Virus record (IMG/VR): IMGVR_UViG_3300050331_000077
Location: 1-50,344 of that record
Length of the DNA: 50,344 nucleotides
Reading direction: 5' to 3' (one strand)
Source of the DNA: a virus
Taxonomy: Duplodnaviria > Caudoviricetes
Shown: positions 24,663-33,790 of the stretch, in pieces
Layout: each line of letters opens with the position of its first letter
Position numbering within the stretch: position 1 is the first letter of the stretch
Translations under genes and position numbers: made by a program
Notes under the pieces: model-generated
What the model was told of the DNA's origin: nothing
The model's database searches: none
The model's input: the letters and a program-made list of their open reading frames with translations, nothing else

Positions 24663-24961
24663 TAAAGGCGAGCAAGGTGCAGGCGGTAGCACTGGAACTG
24701 AAGGAAGGCGGGCAGGCCGTGCTTGTCCAAGACGGACCCGACTGGAACGGACTGCGCAAGTTCAAGTGCATTTCGCCGCCGCAGTGTGACGGTCAAGTGA
24801 TCATTGCCGCCAAGGACGATAGCAGCCCGATGGCGGCGGTCTTCGGTGCGCTGTTCGATCTTGGCGAGAACGAGCGATGGGTGGTGGTGATGAGCTCACC
24901 CGACCTTGCCGCGCGCATTCGGCGGGACGAAGCAGCCTCTCCCGGGCGAAACGCTAAATGA
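24659..24961 (+). CDS. Hypothetical protein (100 aa)
   Basis: GTGA overlap, SD GAGGAG. Confidence 0.55.
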   Translation: MIKASKVQAVALELKEGGQAVLVQDGPDWNGLRKFKCISPPQCDGQVIIAAKDDSSPMAAVFGALFDLGENERWVVVMSSPDLAARIRRDEAASPGRNAK

Positions 24962-25170
24962 CCCACCCAGAGCTCGTCCGCGTCGCCGAAGTGCTCGGCG
25001 CGCAGGACCGCCAAATCGCGTCGCTTCGCGCTGCGCTCGCCTGGTACGCCGAGCCGGGCAACTGGCGCCGGCCGACCCGCGGCCGATCGTGGTCGAACGC
25101 GCCGGCAGCGGACGACCGGGGATCGATGGCGCGAATGGCGTTGTTCGAGCATGGGGCGGTGCAGGGATGA
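24958..25170 (+). CDS. Hypothetical protein (70 aa)
   Basis: LRAALAWYA..NW...DDRG..AR.AL motif typical of small phage early proteins. Confidence 0.6.
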   Translation: MTHPELVRVAEVLGAQDRQIASLRAALAWYAEPGNWRRPTRGRSWSNAPAADDRGSMARMALFEHGAVQG

Positions 25171-25589
25171 CGGCGGTCACGCAGACGCTGTTCCGCGAGT
25201 TCGTGATCCGGACTCCCGATGTCGCACTGGGGCTCGCTGCCTACCTGAAGCAGCATGCAGGGCGCGCTGCCGCAAGGGGCCGCCCGTTGCGTGTGCTCAT
25301 CGTCGAGGCCGAGCAGCCGCGCACGCCGGCACAGAACAAACGCTATTTCAGTTTCTTGCTGAAGGCGATCGCCGCGCAGGCCTGGGTCGACGGCCGCCAG
25401 TTCGACGCCGACGTGTGGCACGAGCACCTCGCCGGCCGGTACGGCTACCTCAAGGAGGTCGTGATGCCGTCGGGCGAGATCGTCACCCGTCGTAAGAGCA
25501 CGACCGAGATGAGCGTGGCCGAGTTCTCGGAGTTCATGCAACAGGTCGAGGCCTACGCCTCGACCGAACTGGGAGTGGAGTTCAGATGA
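25167..25589 (+). CDS. ninB: NinB / Orf family recombination protein
   Basis: RTPAQNKRY...L.AIA.Q...G......WH, STTEMSVAEFSEFM..VEAY. Confidence 0.85.
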   Translation: MTAVTQTLFREFVIRTPDVALGLAAYLKQHAGRAAARGRPLRVLIVEAEQPRTPAQNKRYFSFLLKAIAAQAWVDGRQFDADVWHEHLAGRYGYLKEVVMPSGEIVTRRKSTTEMSVAEFSEFMQQVEAYASTELGVEFR

Positions 25590-25894
25590 ACTGGCGTAAC
25601 CCGAAGCTCTTGAGCGTCGCCCGCCATGCGCCGCACTGCATGCGTTGTGACGGCCCGAACCGCGGGGACGTCGTGATGGCGCACTCGAACCAACTGCGCG
25701 ACGGGAAGGGCAAGAGCATCAAGGCTCACGACTACCGCGTCGCCGCCATTTGTCATGCCTGCCACGCAGAGATCGATCAGGGCGCGACCATGAGCCGCGA
25801 AGAGCGCCGCGGCGCATGGGAAGAGGCGCACCGGCGCACGATTGGATGGCTGTTCGAGTCCGGCCGCCTCCTCGTGATTGCGGAGCCGAGCTGA
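25586..25894 (+). CDS. YbcO/DUF1364-like HNH-type Zn nuclease
   Basis: CMRC, AHSN...GKG..IKAHD, CHACH..ID. Confidence 0.8.
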   Translation: MNWRNPKLLSVARHAPHCMRCDGPNRGDVVMAHSNQLRDGKGKSIKAHDYRVAAICHACHAEIDQGATMSREERRGAWEEAHRRTIGWLFESGRLLVIAEPS

Positions 25895-26106
25895 TGCCCG
25901 GCTACACATCACCCCTCGGCCGTCTGCTACCGAACGCTGCGGGGGCCGACCGCATCAAGCAATCCGCATGGCGCGAGGACAAGATCCTCGTCGTGCGACT
26001 CGACGATGAGCGGCTCGACTTCGTGCAGCGCGAGTTCGTTCGGCAGCTCGGCGAGATGCTGTTCGGCAAGCCGAAGGCATTCACGAGCAGGGAGAGGAAG
26101 GGATGA
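25894..26106 (+). CDS. Hypothetical protein (70 aa)
   Basis: MPGYTSPLGRL...; TGATG overlap. Confidence 0.6.
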   Translation: MPGYTSPLGRLLPNAAGADRIKQSAWREDKILVVRLDDERLDFVQREFVRQLGEMLFGKPKAFTSRERKG

Positions 26107-26170
26107 GCGACCGACGACTGGCGGTCGAGCACGAGCGGATCGTTCCGCGTACGTTCAGAGGGGAGTTCTG

Positions 26171-26962
26171 ATGGCTGACGGGATGACCGTGACTGGCCGA
26201 CAGGACGCCGTGATGCGGGAGATCGAGCGCTTCGAGAAGCAGGTGCGCTTCGCATCGATGCGGGCCGTGAATAACGTCGCGTTCGCCTCACGCAAGTCGG
26301 TGCGCGATCTGATCTCCAGTTCGCTCGACCGCCCCATGCCGAAGACCGTGGCGCTGCCGAACGTGACGAAGAGGGCGACAAAGGAAGACCCGACGGCCGT
26401 GATCGCACTCGACTACCGGCGCTTCACTGGATCGCAGGGATACCTGACGCCGCAGATCGAGGGGGGAAAGCGTGTCGCGAAGGCCTTCGAGCGCAGGCTG
26501 CAGGCGATCAAGATCCTGCCGCCAGGGATGTACGCCGTGTTCGCCAAGCGATCTGGCGCTCTGAACCAGTACGGCAACCTGCCGGGGCCGAAGATCCGCC
26601 AGATCCTGTCGTACTTCCAGGCCTTCACCGAGGCTGGCTTCACCGGGAACATGAAGGCGAAGACCATCGACCGGATGAGGCAGGGCAAGCGAAAGGGCAT
26701 GAAGTTCGGGATGTCCTACTTCGTATCGACCGGCAAGCGTTTCGGCGGCCTCGGCATGCGCCTGCCGCCGGGGATATGGGAGCGGCACTACCCGAATGGC
26801 ACAGCAGGGAAGTCGTTCATCCGTCCTGTGCTGCTGTTCGTGCCGGATGTTCAGTATCGACAGAGGCTGGACTACGTCGGTACCATCGAGCGGATGGCGG
26901 GCGCCATGCTCGAGCGCGAATTGACGAAAGAGATCGCGCGTGCGTTGAGGACTGCGCGTTGA
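26171..26962 (+). CDS. Basic gpZ-like tail-completion protein, upstream of the terminase
   Basis: KQVRFA..RAVN..A, LDRP.P.T, YL.PQIEGG.R..K.FE, RPVLLFV...YR.RLD; SD GGGAG. Confidence 0.6.
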   Translation: MADGMTVTGRQDAVMREIERFEKQVRFASMRAVNNVAFASRKSVRDLISSSLDRPMPKTVALPNVTKRATKEDPTAVIALDYRRFTGSQGYLTPQIEGGKRVAKAFERRLQAIKILPPGMYAVFAKRSGALNQYGNLPGPKIRQILSYFQAFTEAGFTGNMKAKTIDRMRQGKRKGMKFGMSYFVSTGKRFGGLGMRLPPGIWERHYPNGTAGKSFIRPVLLFVPDVQYRQRLDYVGTIERMAGAMLERELTKEIARALRTAR

Positions 26963-27077
26963 TCGGGCGCGCGATGGTGCTCTCGATGCGGCTGGTCTGC
27001 CTCCCCGGCCGGGCTGCCGAACGCATGACGCAGGGGTGGGAGGCGCGCCTGCCCCCTTCGAAGCGCGTGGCTGCAAT

Positions 27078-27125
27078 GGGTCCTTCTCAAGGGAAGCAGA
27101 ACGCGGGTGATTGGAACCCCATTCA
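27078..27125 (+). other. Probable cos region (cosQ-like GGGTCCT followed by cosN-like segment)
   Basis: GGGTCCT (identical to lambda cosQ) ~90 nt upstream of the small terminase start, followed by GCGGGTGATTGGAACCCC. Confidence 0.55.
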
Positions 27126-27170
27126 TCGACAGTTTTTCGCCGTCCATGGGCTGGTGCTTCGAGGGGACCG

Positions 27171-27683
27171 ATGACCCTGCCGAAGCTCACCGCTGTCCGC
27201 AAGGCCACCAAGGCCGAACTGGCCGAATTCTTCAACGTCTCCATCCCGACCATCGACGCGTGGATCCGCAAGGGAATGCCCCTCGTCGAGCGCGGTTCCA
27301 AGACCTCGCCGTGGGTTTTCGACCTGCTGGCGGTCACGCTGTGGAAGTTCGCGCCGCAGGGAGATGAATCCGCGCCGGTCGATCCCGAGAAGCTGCCGCC
27401 GGGCGAGCGCAAGGCATGGTTCGACTCGGAGATGCGCCGGCGTGAGCTCCAGAAGACCGATCGCGAGCTGATTCCCGCCGCAGAGGTCGGGCAGGTGATC
27501 GCGACCGCGTTTGCGGCAATTGCGCAATCCGTCCGGTCCTTGCCTGACAACCTCGAGCGGCGTCTCGCGCTCACGCCGGAGGTAGTCGACGAGATCTCGC
27601 GCGCGATGGACGAGCACCTCGACGACCTCGCCAACCGGTTGCAAGGGCTCGGCCCGGTGGAAGAGGGCGCGGATGTCGGTTGA
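27171..27683 (+). CDS. nu1: Terminase small subunit (Nu1 / DUF1441-like)
   Basis: wHTH TKAELAEFFNVSIPTIDAWIRKGMP; DPEKLPP.ERKAWF.SE. Confidence 0.9.
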   Translation: MTLPKLTAVRKATKAELAEFFNVSIPTIDAWIRKGMPLVERGSKTSPWVFDLLAVTLWKFAPQGDESAPVDPEKLPPGERKAWFDSEMRRRELQKTDRELIPAAEVGQVIATAFAAIAQSVRSLPDNLERRLALTPEVVDEISRAMDEHLDDLANRLQGLGPVEEGADVG

Positions 27684-29766
27684 TTTCGGCTCGGCGTGGC
27701 CGATCGTCCGCGGCGCTTCCGGCGCCTTCCGTGCCCCGCGCCGGATATCCGTTTCGCAGGGCGCTGCTGACACCCTGAAGATCCGTCAGCCCGGCGGCTA
27801 CAGCGGGCCATGGTCCGCCGACGAGACGCCGTACATGGTCGAGCCGATGGATATGCTCGCGAGCCGCGTTCACGAGGCGGTCTGCTTCGTCGGCCCGAGC
27901 CGAACCGGCAAGACGATGGGCCTGCTGGATGGCTGGATGTCGCACGTCGTCTGCCACGACCCGGGCGACATGCTCATCGTGCAGATGAGCCAGGACAAAG
28001 CGCGCGAGTACAGCAAGACGCGGGTCGATCGCGCCATCCAGCACTCGCCGGCACTCAGCGAGCACATGAGCGGCAGCGGGCACGACGACAACACGCACGA
28101 CAAGCTCTTCCGCCACGGCATGTGGCTCAAGATCGGCTGGCCGTCGGCATCGCAACTCTCGGGCTCGGACTACCGCTACGTTGCGCTGACCGACTACGAC
28201 CGCATGCCCGACAACATCGACGGCGAGGCGGACGCCTTCGGCCTCGGCACGACCCGAACGCGGACGTTTCTCTCGCGCGGCATGTGCATGGTCGAATCCT
28301 CGCCCGGCCGCGAGGTGACCGACCCGAACTGGCGCCCGGCAACTGCGCATGAAGGGCCTCCCTGCACCGGCGTGATCGGCATCTACAACCGATCCGACCG
28401 CCGCCGCTGGTACTGGCCGTGCCCGCACTGTGGGGAGTACCACCAGGCGGCGCCAGGCCTGGGCCTCTTCGCGACGCTGCCGCACGAGGCGGCGCTGCTC
28501 GACATCGTCCGCACCGCAGACCTCGACGCCCTGGCGCGCGAGCACGCGCAGATTGTCTGCCCGCACAACGGCTGCATCATCGAGCCGCGCCACAAGGCCG
28601 CGATGAACCGCGCCGGCCGCTGGCTCGCCGACGGGCAGCAGATCGACGGGTTCGGGCGCATCTCCGGCGAGCCTCTCCGTTCGAACATCGCCGGTTTCTG
28701 GCTCGGTGGGGCGTCGGCCGCGTACCAGTCGTGGCACAAGCTCGTGCTCGCCAATCTGCAGGCGCTGCGCGAGTTTGCGATGACCGGCAGCGAACTCCCC
28801 CTGCAGAAGACCTGCAACACCGACCAGGCGATGCCGTATCTCCCGCGGCACCTCGCCGAGAACGGCACGAATGACCGCCCGGAAAGCCGCACCGAGGATC
28901 TCGAACGCTTCGTCGTGCCGTCGTGGGTGCGGGTGCTGCTCGCGTCGGTCGACGTCCAGGGCGGCACCGGTGCGCGCTTCGTCGTGCAGGTGCATGCGAT
29001 CGGCCGCGACATGGAGTCGGCGGTCGTCGATCGCTTCGACATCACCGAAAGCCCGAGGGGCGAGGGGGTGCGCATCGACCCAGCCGGCTACGTCGAGGAC
29101 TGGGACACGATCACCGATCGCCTGCTCGCCGGCACGACATATCGCCTCGAGGACGGTCGCGAAATGATGGTCCGCGCCGCGGCCGTCGACTTGGGCGGCG
29201 AGGCCGGCGTCACTCCGAACGCCTACGCCTGGTACCGCAAGCTTCGCCGGCTCGGCCTCCACGAGAAGGTCTTCCTTGTGAAGGGCGCATCGGGCGCGCA
29301 GAAATTCCCGGTCGAGAAGTCGATGGGGCGCGACACGCGCACCAAGGCGCCGATGCGCGACGTCCCGATCTACCTCGTCGACGGCGACTTCTTCAAGGAC
29401 CAGATCGCCGCATCACTGCGCCGCCAGTCGCCAGGCCCCGGCTACATGCACTTCGCCGGCTGGCTCAAGCAGTGGTTCTACGACGAACTGCGCGCCGAAG
29501 TCCGCGGCCCGGGCGGCAAGTGGCGCAAGGTCCGCTCGCGCAACGAGGCCCTCGACCTGTGGGTGTACATCCTCGCGACCGCCTACGTCCTGGGCCCCAA
29601 CAACCCGCTCAAGCGCTTCTCATGGGACGAGCCGCCGGAATGGGCAGCGGAGCTCGAGCTGAACAGCCACGTCATCACGCGCGAAGAGCGCCGGCAACTG
29701 AAAGAGCAAGTCACGGAAGAGCAGGTCGAGGACGCCGACCTGTTCGCCCCCATCGTCATGAGGTAG
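27673..29766 (+). CDS. A: Terminase large subunit, lambda GpA family
   Basis: TPYMVEPMD, GPSRTGKT, LTDYDR, ESSP, CPHCGE, VDVQ, RNEALDL. Confidence 0.95.
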   Translation: MSVDFGSAWPIVRGASGAFRAPRRISVSQGAADTLKIRQPGGYSGPWSADETPYMVEPMDMLASRVHEAVCFVGPSRTGKTMGLLDGWMSHVVCHDPGDMLIVQMSQDKAREYSKTRVDRAIQHSPALSEHMSGSGHDDNTHDKLFRHGMWLKIGWPSASQLSGSDYRYVALTDYDRMPDNIDGEADAFGLGTTRTRTFLSRGMCMVESSPGREVTDPNWRPATAHEGPPCTGVIGIYNRSDRRRWYWPCPHCGEYHQAAPGLGLFATLPHEAALLDIVRTADLDALAREHAQIVCPHNGCIIEPRHKAAMNRAGRWLADGQQIDGFGRISGEPLRSNIAGFWLGGASAAYQSWHKLVLANLQALREFAMTGSELPLQKTCNTDQAMPYLPRHLAENGTNDRPESRTEDLERFVVPSWVRVLLASVDVQGGTGARFVVQVHAIGRDMESAVVDRFDITESPRGEGVRIDPAGYVEDWDTITDRLLAGTTYRLEDGREMMVRAAAVDLGGEAGVTPNAYAWYRKLRRLGLHEKVFLVKGASGAQKFPVEKSMGRDTRTKAPMRDVPIYLVDGDFFKDQIAASLRRQSPGPGYMHFAGWLKQWFYDELRAEVRGPGGKWRKVRSRNEALDLWVYILATAYVLGPNNPLKRFSWDEPPEWAAELELNSHVITREERRQLKEQVTEEQVEDADLFAPIVMR

Positions 29767-29768
29767 AG

Positions 29769-30047
29769 ATGCGCCACGACACCGAGGACTTCCCCGATAT
29801 CGTCAAGCGCGGCGTCCGCGCAGCAATTCAGGCCGGAATCGCAGTACAGGACATGCCGGACTACGTCGCGGACTGGACGCGCGCCGAGACGCGGGGGACC
29901 GCGATCTACACACGCATGCGCAGTGGATCCCCCCAAGAGCGCGCCGTGGCGATCCGCGCCGGATTCAACGGAGGGAACATCGACGAGCTGGCACGCGCTC
30001 ATGGGATCACCCCGCGCAGAGTGCGGCAGATTTTGAGCGGCGATTAA
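29769..30047 (+). CDS. Mor/C family transcription activator
   Basis: G.AIY...ER..AIRAGFNGGNIDELARAHGITPRRVRQIL. Confidence 0.85.
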   Translation: MRHDTEDFPDIVKRGVRAAIQAGIAVQDMPDYVADWTRAETRGTAIYTRMRSGSPQERAVAIRAGFNGGNIDELARAHGITPRRVRQILSGD

Positions 30048-30083
30048 GCGCGGGGCCGGATTTCTCGTGGAAGCGGTGTAGAA

Positions 30084-30131
30084 ATGCAGTGATCTGCATC
30101 GAAAAACTGAAAATTTCACCTAAATATTTCC
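30084..30131 (+). promoter_or_regulatory. Putative late promoter / activator-binding region
   Basis: AT-rich gap with ATGCAG-tgat-CTGCAT (30084-30099) and TGAAA-a-TTTCA (30108-30118) just before the head operon. Confidence 0.5.
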
Positions 30132-30156
30132 CACGCACCCCGGCAATCTGCCGGCC

Positions 30157-30387
30157 ATGGGAATCTACAGCCATCTAACCACCGAGCAGCTCACCGCGAA
30201 GCGCGACCGGCTTCTGCAGGCGCTCGAGGATCGGCTGACCCAGCCCACGGCGGCTGGCTCACCCTCGGGCCGCAACACGCGGTACGACCAGAACCCCGAG
30301 CAACTCCGCAAGGAACTCGCCGAGGTCACCTCCGAACTCCAGAATCGCGACGGCACGAGCTCGCGCGGTCCGATCTACATCGTCTGA
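30157..30387 (+). CDS. W: Head-tail joining protein gpW-like
   Basis: 76 aa, helix-hairpin (GRNTRYD)-helix, C-terminal RGPI; directly before the portal. Confidence 0.75.
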   Translation: MGIYSHLTTEQLTAKRDRLLQALEDRLTQPTAAGSPSGRNTRYDQNPEQLRKELAEVTSELQNRDGTSSRGPIYIV

Positions 30388-30389
30388 CG

Positions 30390-32051
30390 ATGGCACGCCG
30401 GCCCCGCAACCGCAGGCTCTCCACCGCGCTCGCCGCTCCGGCCGTCGCTGGTGCGCAGATGTCCTCGCACCAGGCAGCAGCGACCGACGATCACGCGATG
30501 ATCGGATGGAACCCGGTGGCGGCCAGCGCCGACGCCGACCTGCTGCCAGATCTCGAAACGCTGCTTGCCCGCTCCCGCGACATGGCGCGGAACAACGGCC
30601 TCATGGCCGGCGGGATGCAGACGCTGCGCGACAACATCGTCGGCGCCGTCCTCAAGCTCTCCTGCGCGCCCGATTACCGGCTGCTCGGCTGGACGCGCGA
30701 ACAGGCGCGCGAGTGGGGCAACCTCACCGAGGCGAAATTCCGCAGCTGGGCCGAGACGCCCGAATGCGACGCTGGCCGCACGCTCAACCTGCTCGGGCTC
30801 ACGCTGCAGGCGCTCGGCGGCGCGATGCTCAACGGCGACGCGCTCGGGCTGCCGATGTGGCTGCCGCGCCCCGGCGCCCGCTGGAAGACCCGCCTGATGA
30901 TGGTCGAATCCGACCGTCTCAGCACCCCCATCGGCCTCGAATACCGCCCGGAGTTGCGCGGCGGAATCGAGTTCGATCCGTTTGGCGCGCCGGTGGCATA
31001 CCACATCCTGAAGAAGCACCCGGGAGATGCCATTGGCGGCGCTTTCGGCCTGATGGCCGGCAGCGCATTCCAGCAATGGGACCGGATACCCGCATTCACA
31101 CCGTGGGGCCGCCGGCGCGTCATCCATCTGCACGACAAGGAACGGACCGGCCAGAGCCGCGGCAAGCCGATCGTCACCGCGGTCATGCGCGAGTTCCACA
31201 TGGCCGGCGAGTACGCCTCGAACGAGCTGCAGGCGAGCGTCGCAAACTCGCTCGTCGCCGCCTTCCTCGAATCCGATCTGGATCCCGCATCGGCCGCCGC
31301 GCTCTTCGGTGAAGACCCGCGCAAGCAGTGGAAAACCTCCGTCGAGCAGACGCGCCAGATGCGCAAGCTCAAGGGTGCGGCCGTGATCCCGCTGCCGGCC
31401 GGCGCCAAGCTGTCGAGCTTCGCCCCGAATCGTCCGAATCAGGCCTTCGAGGCGTTCATGCTCGCGACCCTGCGGCACATCGCCGCCGGGATGAATCTGC
31501 CGTACGAGCTGCTGCTGAAGGATTTCAGCAAGACCAACTACAGCAGTGCGCGCGCCGCGCTGCTGGAGGCCTGGCGCTACTTCAACGGCCGGCGCCGCTG
31601 GCTCACCGACTACTGGCTGAAGCCCATCTACGAGCTGTGGCTCGAAGAGGCGATCAATGCCGGCGAGATCGAGGCGCCCGACTTCTACGAGAACCCCTAC
31701 GCCTACGCGCGCTGCACCTTCATCTTCGGGGGCCGCGGCTGGGTCGATCCCGTCAAGGAAGCGCAGGCCGCGGTGCTGCGCATGAACGCCGGCATCACCA
31801 CGCTCGCCCAGGAATGCGCCGAACAGGCCGCCGACTACGAGGAAGTCCTCGACCAGCTCGCGATCGAGAAGCGCATGAAGGAAGAGCGCGGGCTGAGCCA
31901 CCTCGGCGCGGCAGCGACAAAGCCGACCGCCACGTCGACCAAACCGGCGGAATCCGGAGACGCCGGCGACGAGGAAGACGAGGACGGCCGCCAGAGCACG
32001 GCCGCCTATCACGAGACCCTGGCGATGCTCGCCGGAGGGGAATCCGCATGA
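30390..32051 (+). CDS. B: Portal protein, lambda family
   Basis: RSRDMARNN, RGGIEFD..GAPVAYHI, RTGQSRG, DFSKTNYSSARAALLE, GWVDPVKE. Confidence 0.95.
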   Translation: MARRPRNRRLSTALAAPAVAGAQMSSHQAAATDDHAMIGWNPVAASADADLLPDLETLLARSRDMARNNGLMAGGMQTLRDNIVGAVLKLSCAPDYRLLGWTREQAREWGNLTEAKFRSWAETPECDAGRTLNLLGLTLQALGGAMLNGDALGLPMWLPRPGARWKTRLMMVESDRLSTPIGLEYRPELRGGIEFDPFGAPVAYHILKKHPGDAIGGAFGLMAGSAFQQWDRIPAFTPWGRRRVIHLHDKERTGQSRGKPIVTAVMREFHMAGEYASNELQASVANSLVAAFLESDLDPASAAALFGEDPRKQWKTSVEQTRQMRKLKGAAVIPLPAGAKLSSFAPNRPNQAFEAFMLATLRHIAAGMNLPYELLLKDFSKTNYSSARAALLEAWRYFNGRRRWLTDYWLKPIYELWLEEAINAGEIEAPDFYENPYAYARCTFIFGGRGWVDPVKEAQAAVLRMNAGITTLAQECAEQAADYEEVLDQLAIEKRMKEERGLSHLGAAATKPTATSTKPAESGDAGDEEDEDGRQSTAAYHETLAMLAGGESA

Positions 32052-33382
32052 AATACCCGCACCTCGCCGCGCGCATCTTCAACACGCCGCTGCTCGTCCA
32101 TCCGCAGAAGCTCGACGCGATCATCGCCGGCCTCGGGCCGCGGCTGCTCGACGCCTCTGCGGTCAATACCGTCGGCGCCCCAGGTGTAGATCTCTCCGCG
32201 CTCCCCGCCGAGATGTTCACGACGCGCCGCGGCGAGCGCGACGAGGCGCGCGGCTACCAGGTTATCGACGGCGTCGCGGTCCTCAACATCAACGGCGCGC
32301 TCGTCCATCGCGGCCGGATGCAGGGGATGTCTTCCTATCTGCTCGGCTACAACGACCTTGCCGCGGACCTCGAGCATGCGATGGGCAATCCGGACGTGCA
32401 TGCCGTCCTGCAGGTCTATGACAGCCCGGGCGGAGAGGCGCAAGGCGCCTTCGAGTTCGCGCAGCGCGTCATGGATCTGCGCGGCAAGAAGCCGATGAAA
32501 GCCATCGCCGATGGCATGGCCGCATCCGCTGCCTTCCTCGGCGCGAGCGCTGCCGACGAAGTGGTCATCACCCGCAACGGTTACGCCGGCTCGATCGGCG
32601 TGGTCATGCGTCACGTCGATTTCTCGCGCGCGCTGGCCAACGAAGGGATCAGCGTCACGCACATCTTCGCCGGCGCCCACAAGATCGACGGCCACCAGTT
32701 CGCCCCGCTGCCCGACGCCGTCCGCGACGACCTGCAGACCGAGGTGAATGACCTCTACGAGATGTTCATCGACGCCGTCGTCGCGCACCGCGGCATGGCT
32801 GCCGGTTCGGTGCGCAAGACCGAAGCGGCCACCTACCGGGGCGTCGCCGCCGTCGCCGCCGGCCTCGCCGATCGCATCGGCACCACCGATCTGTTGATTT
32901 CCGAACTGGCCGCGCTGCGTGCGCGGTCGTACCCCGTCGGGCTACCCGCCCGCGCAACCGCCACCACAGGAGATACATCCATGACTGGCACCCAAGCACC
33001 GGCGGGCAACGACCCTGCTGCACCCGCCGCTCTCTCCCAGGCCGACGTCGATCGCGCCCGCGCCGAAGGCGTTCAGGAAGGCGCCCAGGCCGAGCGCGCG
33101 CGCGTCGGCGCGATCCTCGGCCACGAAGCCGCCGCCTGCTCGCCGCTCGCCCTGCAGTGCATCAACACCGGTCTGACCGCGGAGCAGGCAACGGCCGTCC
33201 TCGGCGCCGCGCCCCAGTCCGTCGCGCCGCAGGCGAAGCCGGCCAACGCGTTCGAAGGAGCGATGGGCGCGATGGGCAATCCCGACGTCTCCGGCGTCGA
33301 GCCCGGCGCCGAGTCGCAGAACACCGAAGCCGCGATGGCCTCGCAGATCCTCACCGCGTTCCGCGGCACCGTCCGCCAGTAA
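32048..33382 (+). CDS. C: S49 capsid maturation protease with C-terminal scaffold
   Basis: MKYPHLAARIFNTPLL, DSPGG, MAASAA, GSIGVV. Confidence 0.92.
   Translation: MKYPHLAARIFNTPLLVHPQKLDAIIAGLGPRLLDASAVNTVGAPGVDLSALPAEMFTTRRGERDEARGYQVIDGVAVLNINGALVHRGRMQGMSSYLLGYNDLAADLEHAMGNPDVHAVLQVYDSPGGEAQGAFEFAQRVMDLRGKKPMKAIADGMAASAAFLGASAADEVVITRNGYAGSIGVVMRHVDFSRALANEGISVTHIFAGAHKIDGHQFAPLPDAVRDDLQTEVNDLYEMFIDAVVAHRGMAAGSVRKTEAATYRGVAAVAAGLADRIGTTDLLISELAALRARSYPVGLPARATATTGDTSMTGTQAPAGNDPAAPAALSQADVDRARAEGVQEGAQAERARVGAILGHEAAACSPLALQCINTGLTAEQATAVLGAAPQSVAPQAKPANAFEGAMGAMGNPDVSGVEPGAESQNTEAAMASQILTAFRGTVRQ
32981..33382 (+). CDS. Nested in-frame scaffolding protein (Nu3-like)
   Basis: Internal in-frame ATG with SD AGGAG; Ala-rich AERARVGAIL segment. 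Confidence 0.65.
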   Translation: MTGTQAPAGNDPAAPAALSQADVDRARAEGVQEGAQAERARVGAILGHEAAACSPLALQCINTGLTAEQATAVLGAAPQSVAPQAKPANAFEGAMGAMGNPDVSGVEPGAESQNTEAAMASQILTAFRGTVRQ

Positions 33383-33394
33383 GGAGCACCCCTC

Positions 33395-33775
33395 ATGGAC
33401 TACAAGGCCAAGTTCGCCACCGAAGGCACCTACGCGCCGGACAAGCTCATCGCCGGCAACGCGCATCTGCTCGTCGGCCGCAAGGTCACGATCGTCTCCG
33501 GTCAGACCGTCGTGCGCGGCGCCGTGCTGGGCAAGATCACCACCGGCGGCAAGTACGCGCTGAGCCTGTCCGCCGCCGCCGACGGCAGCCAGACCCCCGA
33601 CCTGATCCTCGCCGAAGACTGCGACGCATCCGCCGGCGACAAGGAAGCGCTCGCATACGCCCGCGGCGACTTCAACGCCAACGCCCTCACGCTCGGTGCC
33701 GACCACACGATCGCGAGCATCACCGAAGGCCTGCGCGCCAAGGGCATCACCATCCTCACGGCTCAGGCCGCCTGA
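33395..33775 (+). CDS. D: Head decoration protein gpD-like
   Basis: I.SGQ...RGAVLGKIT, DGSQ.P..IL, GDFNANAL; lies between protease and capsid. Confidence 0.88.
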   Translation: MDYKAKFATEGTYAPDKLIAGNAHLLVGRKVTIVSGQTVVRGAVLGKITTGGKYALSLSAAADGSQTPDLILAEDCDASAGDKEALAYARGDFNANALTLGADHTIASITEGLRAKGITILTAQAA

Positions 33776-33790
33776 TAGGAGCAATCGCAC

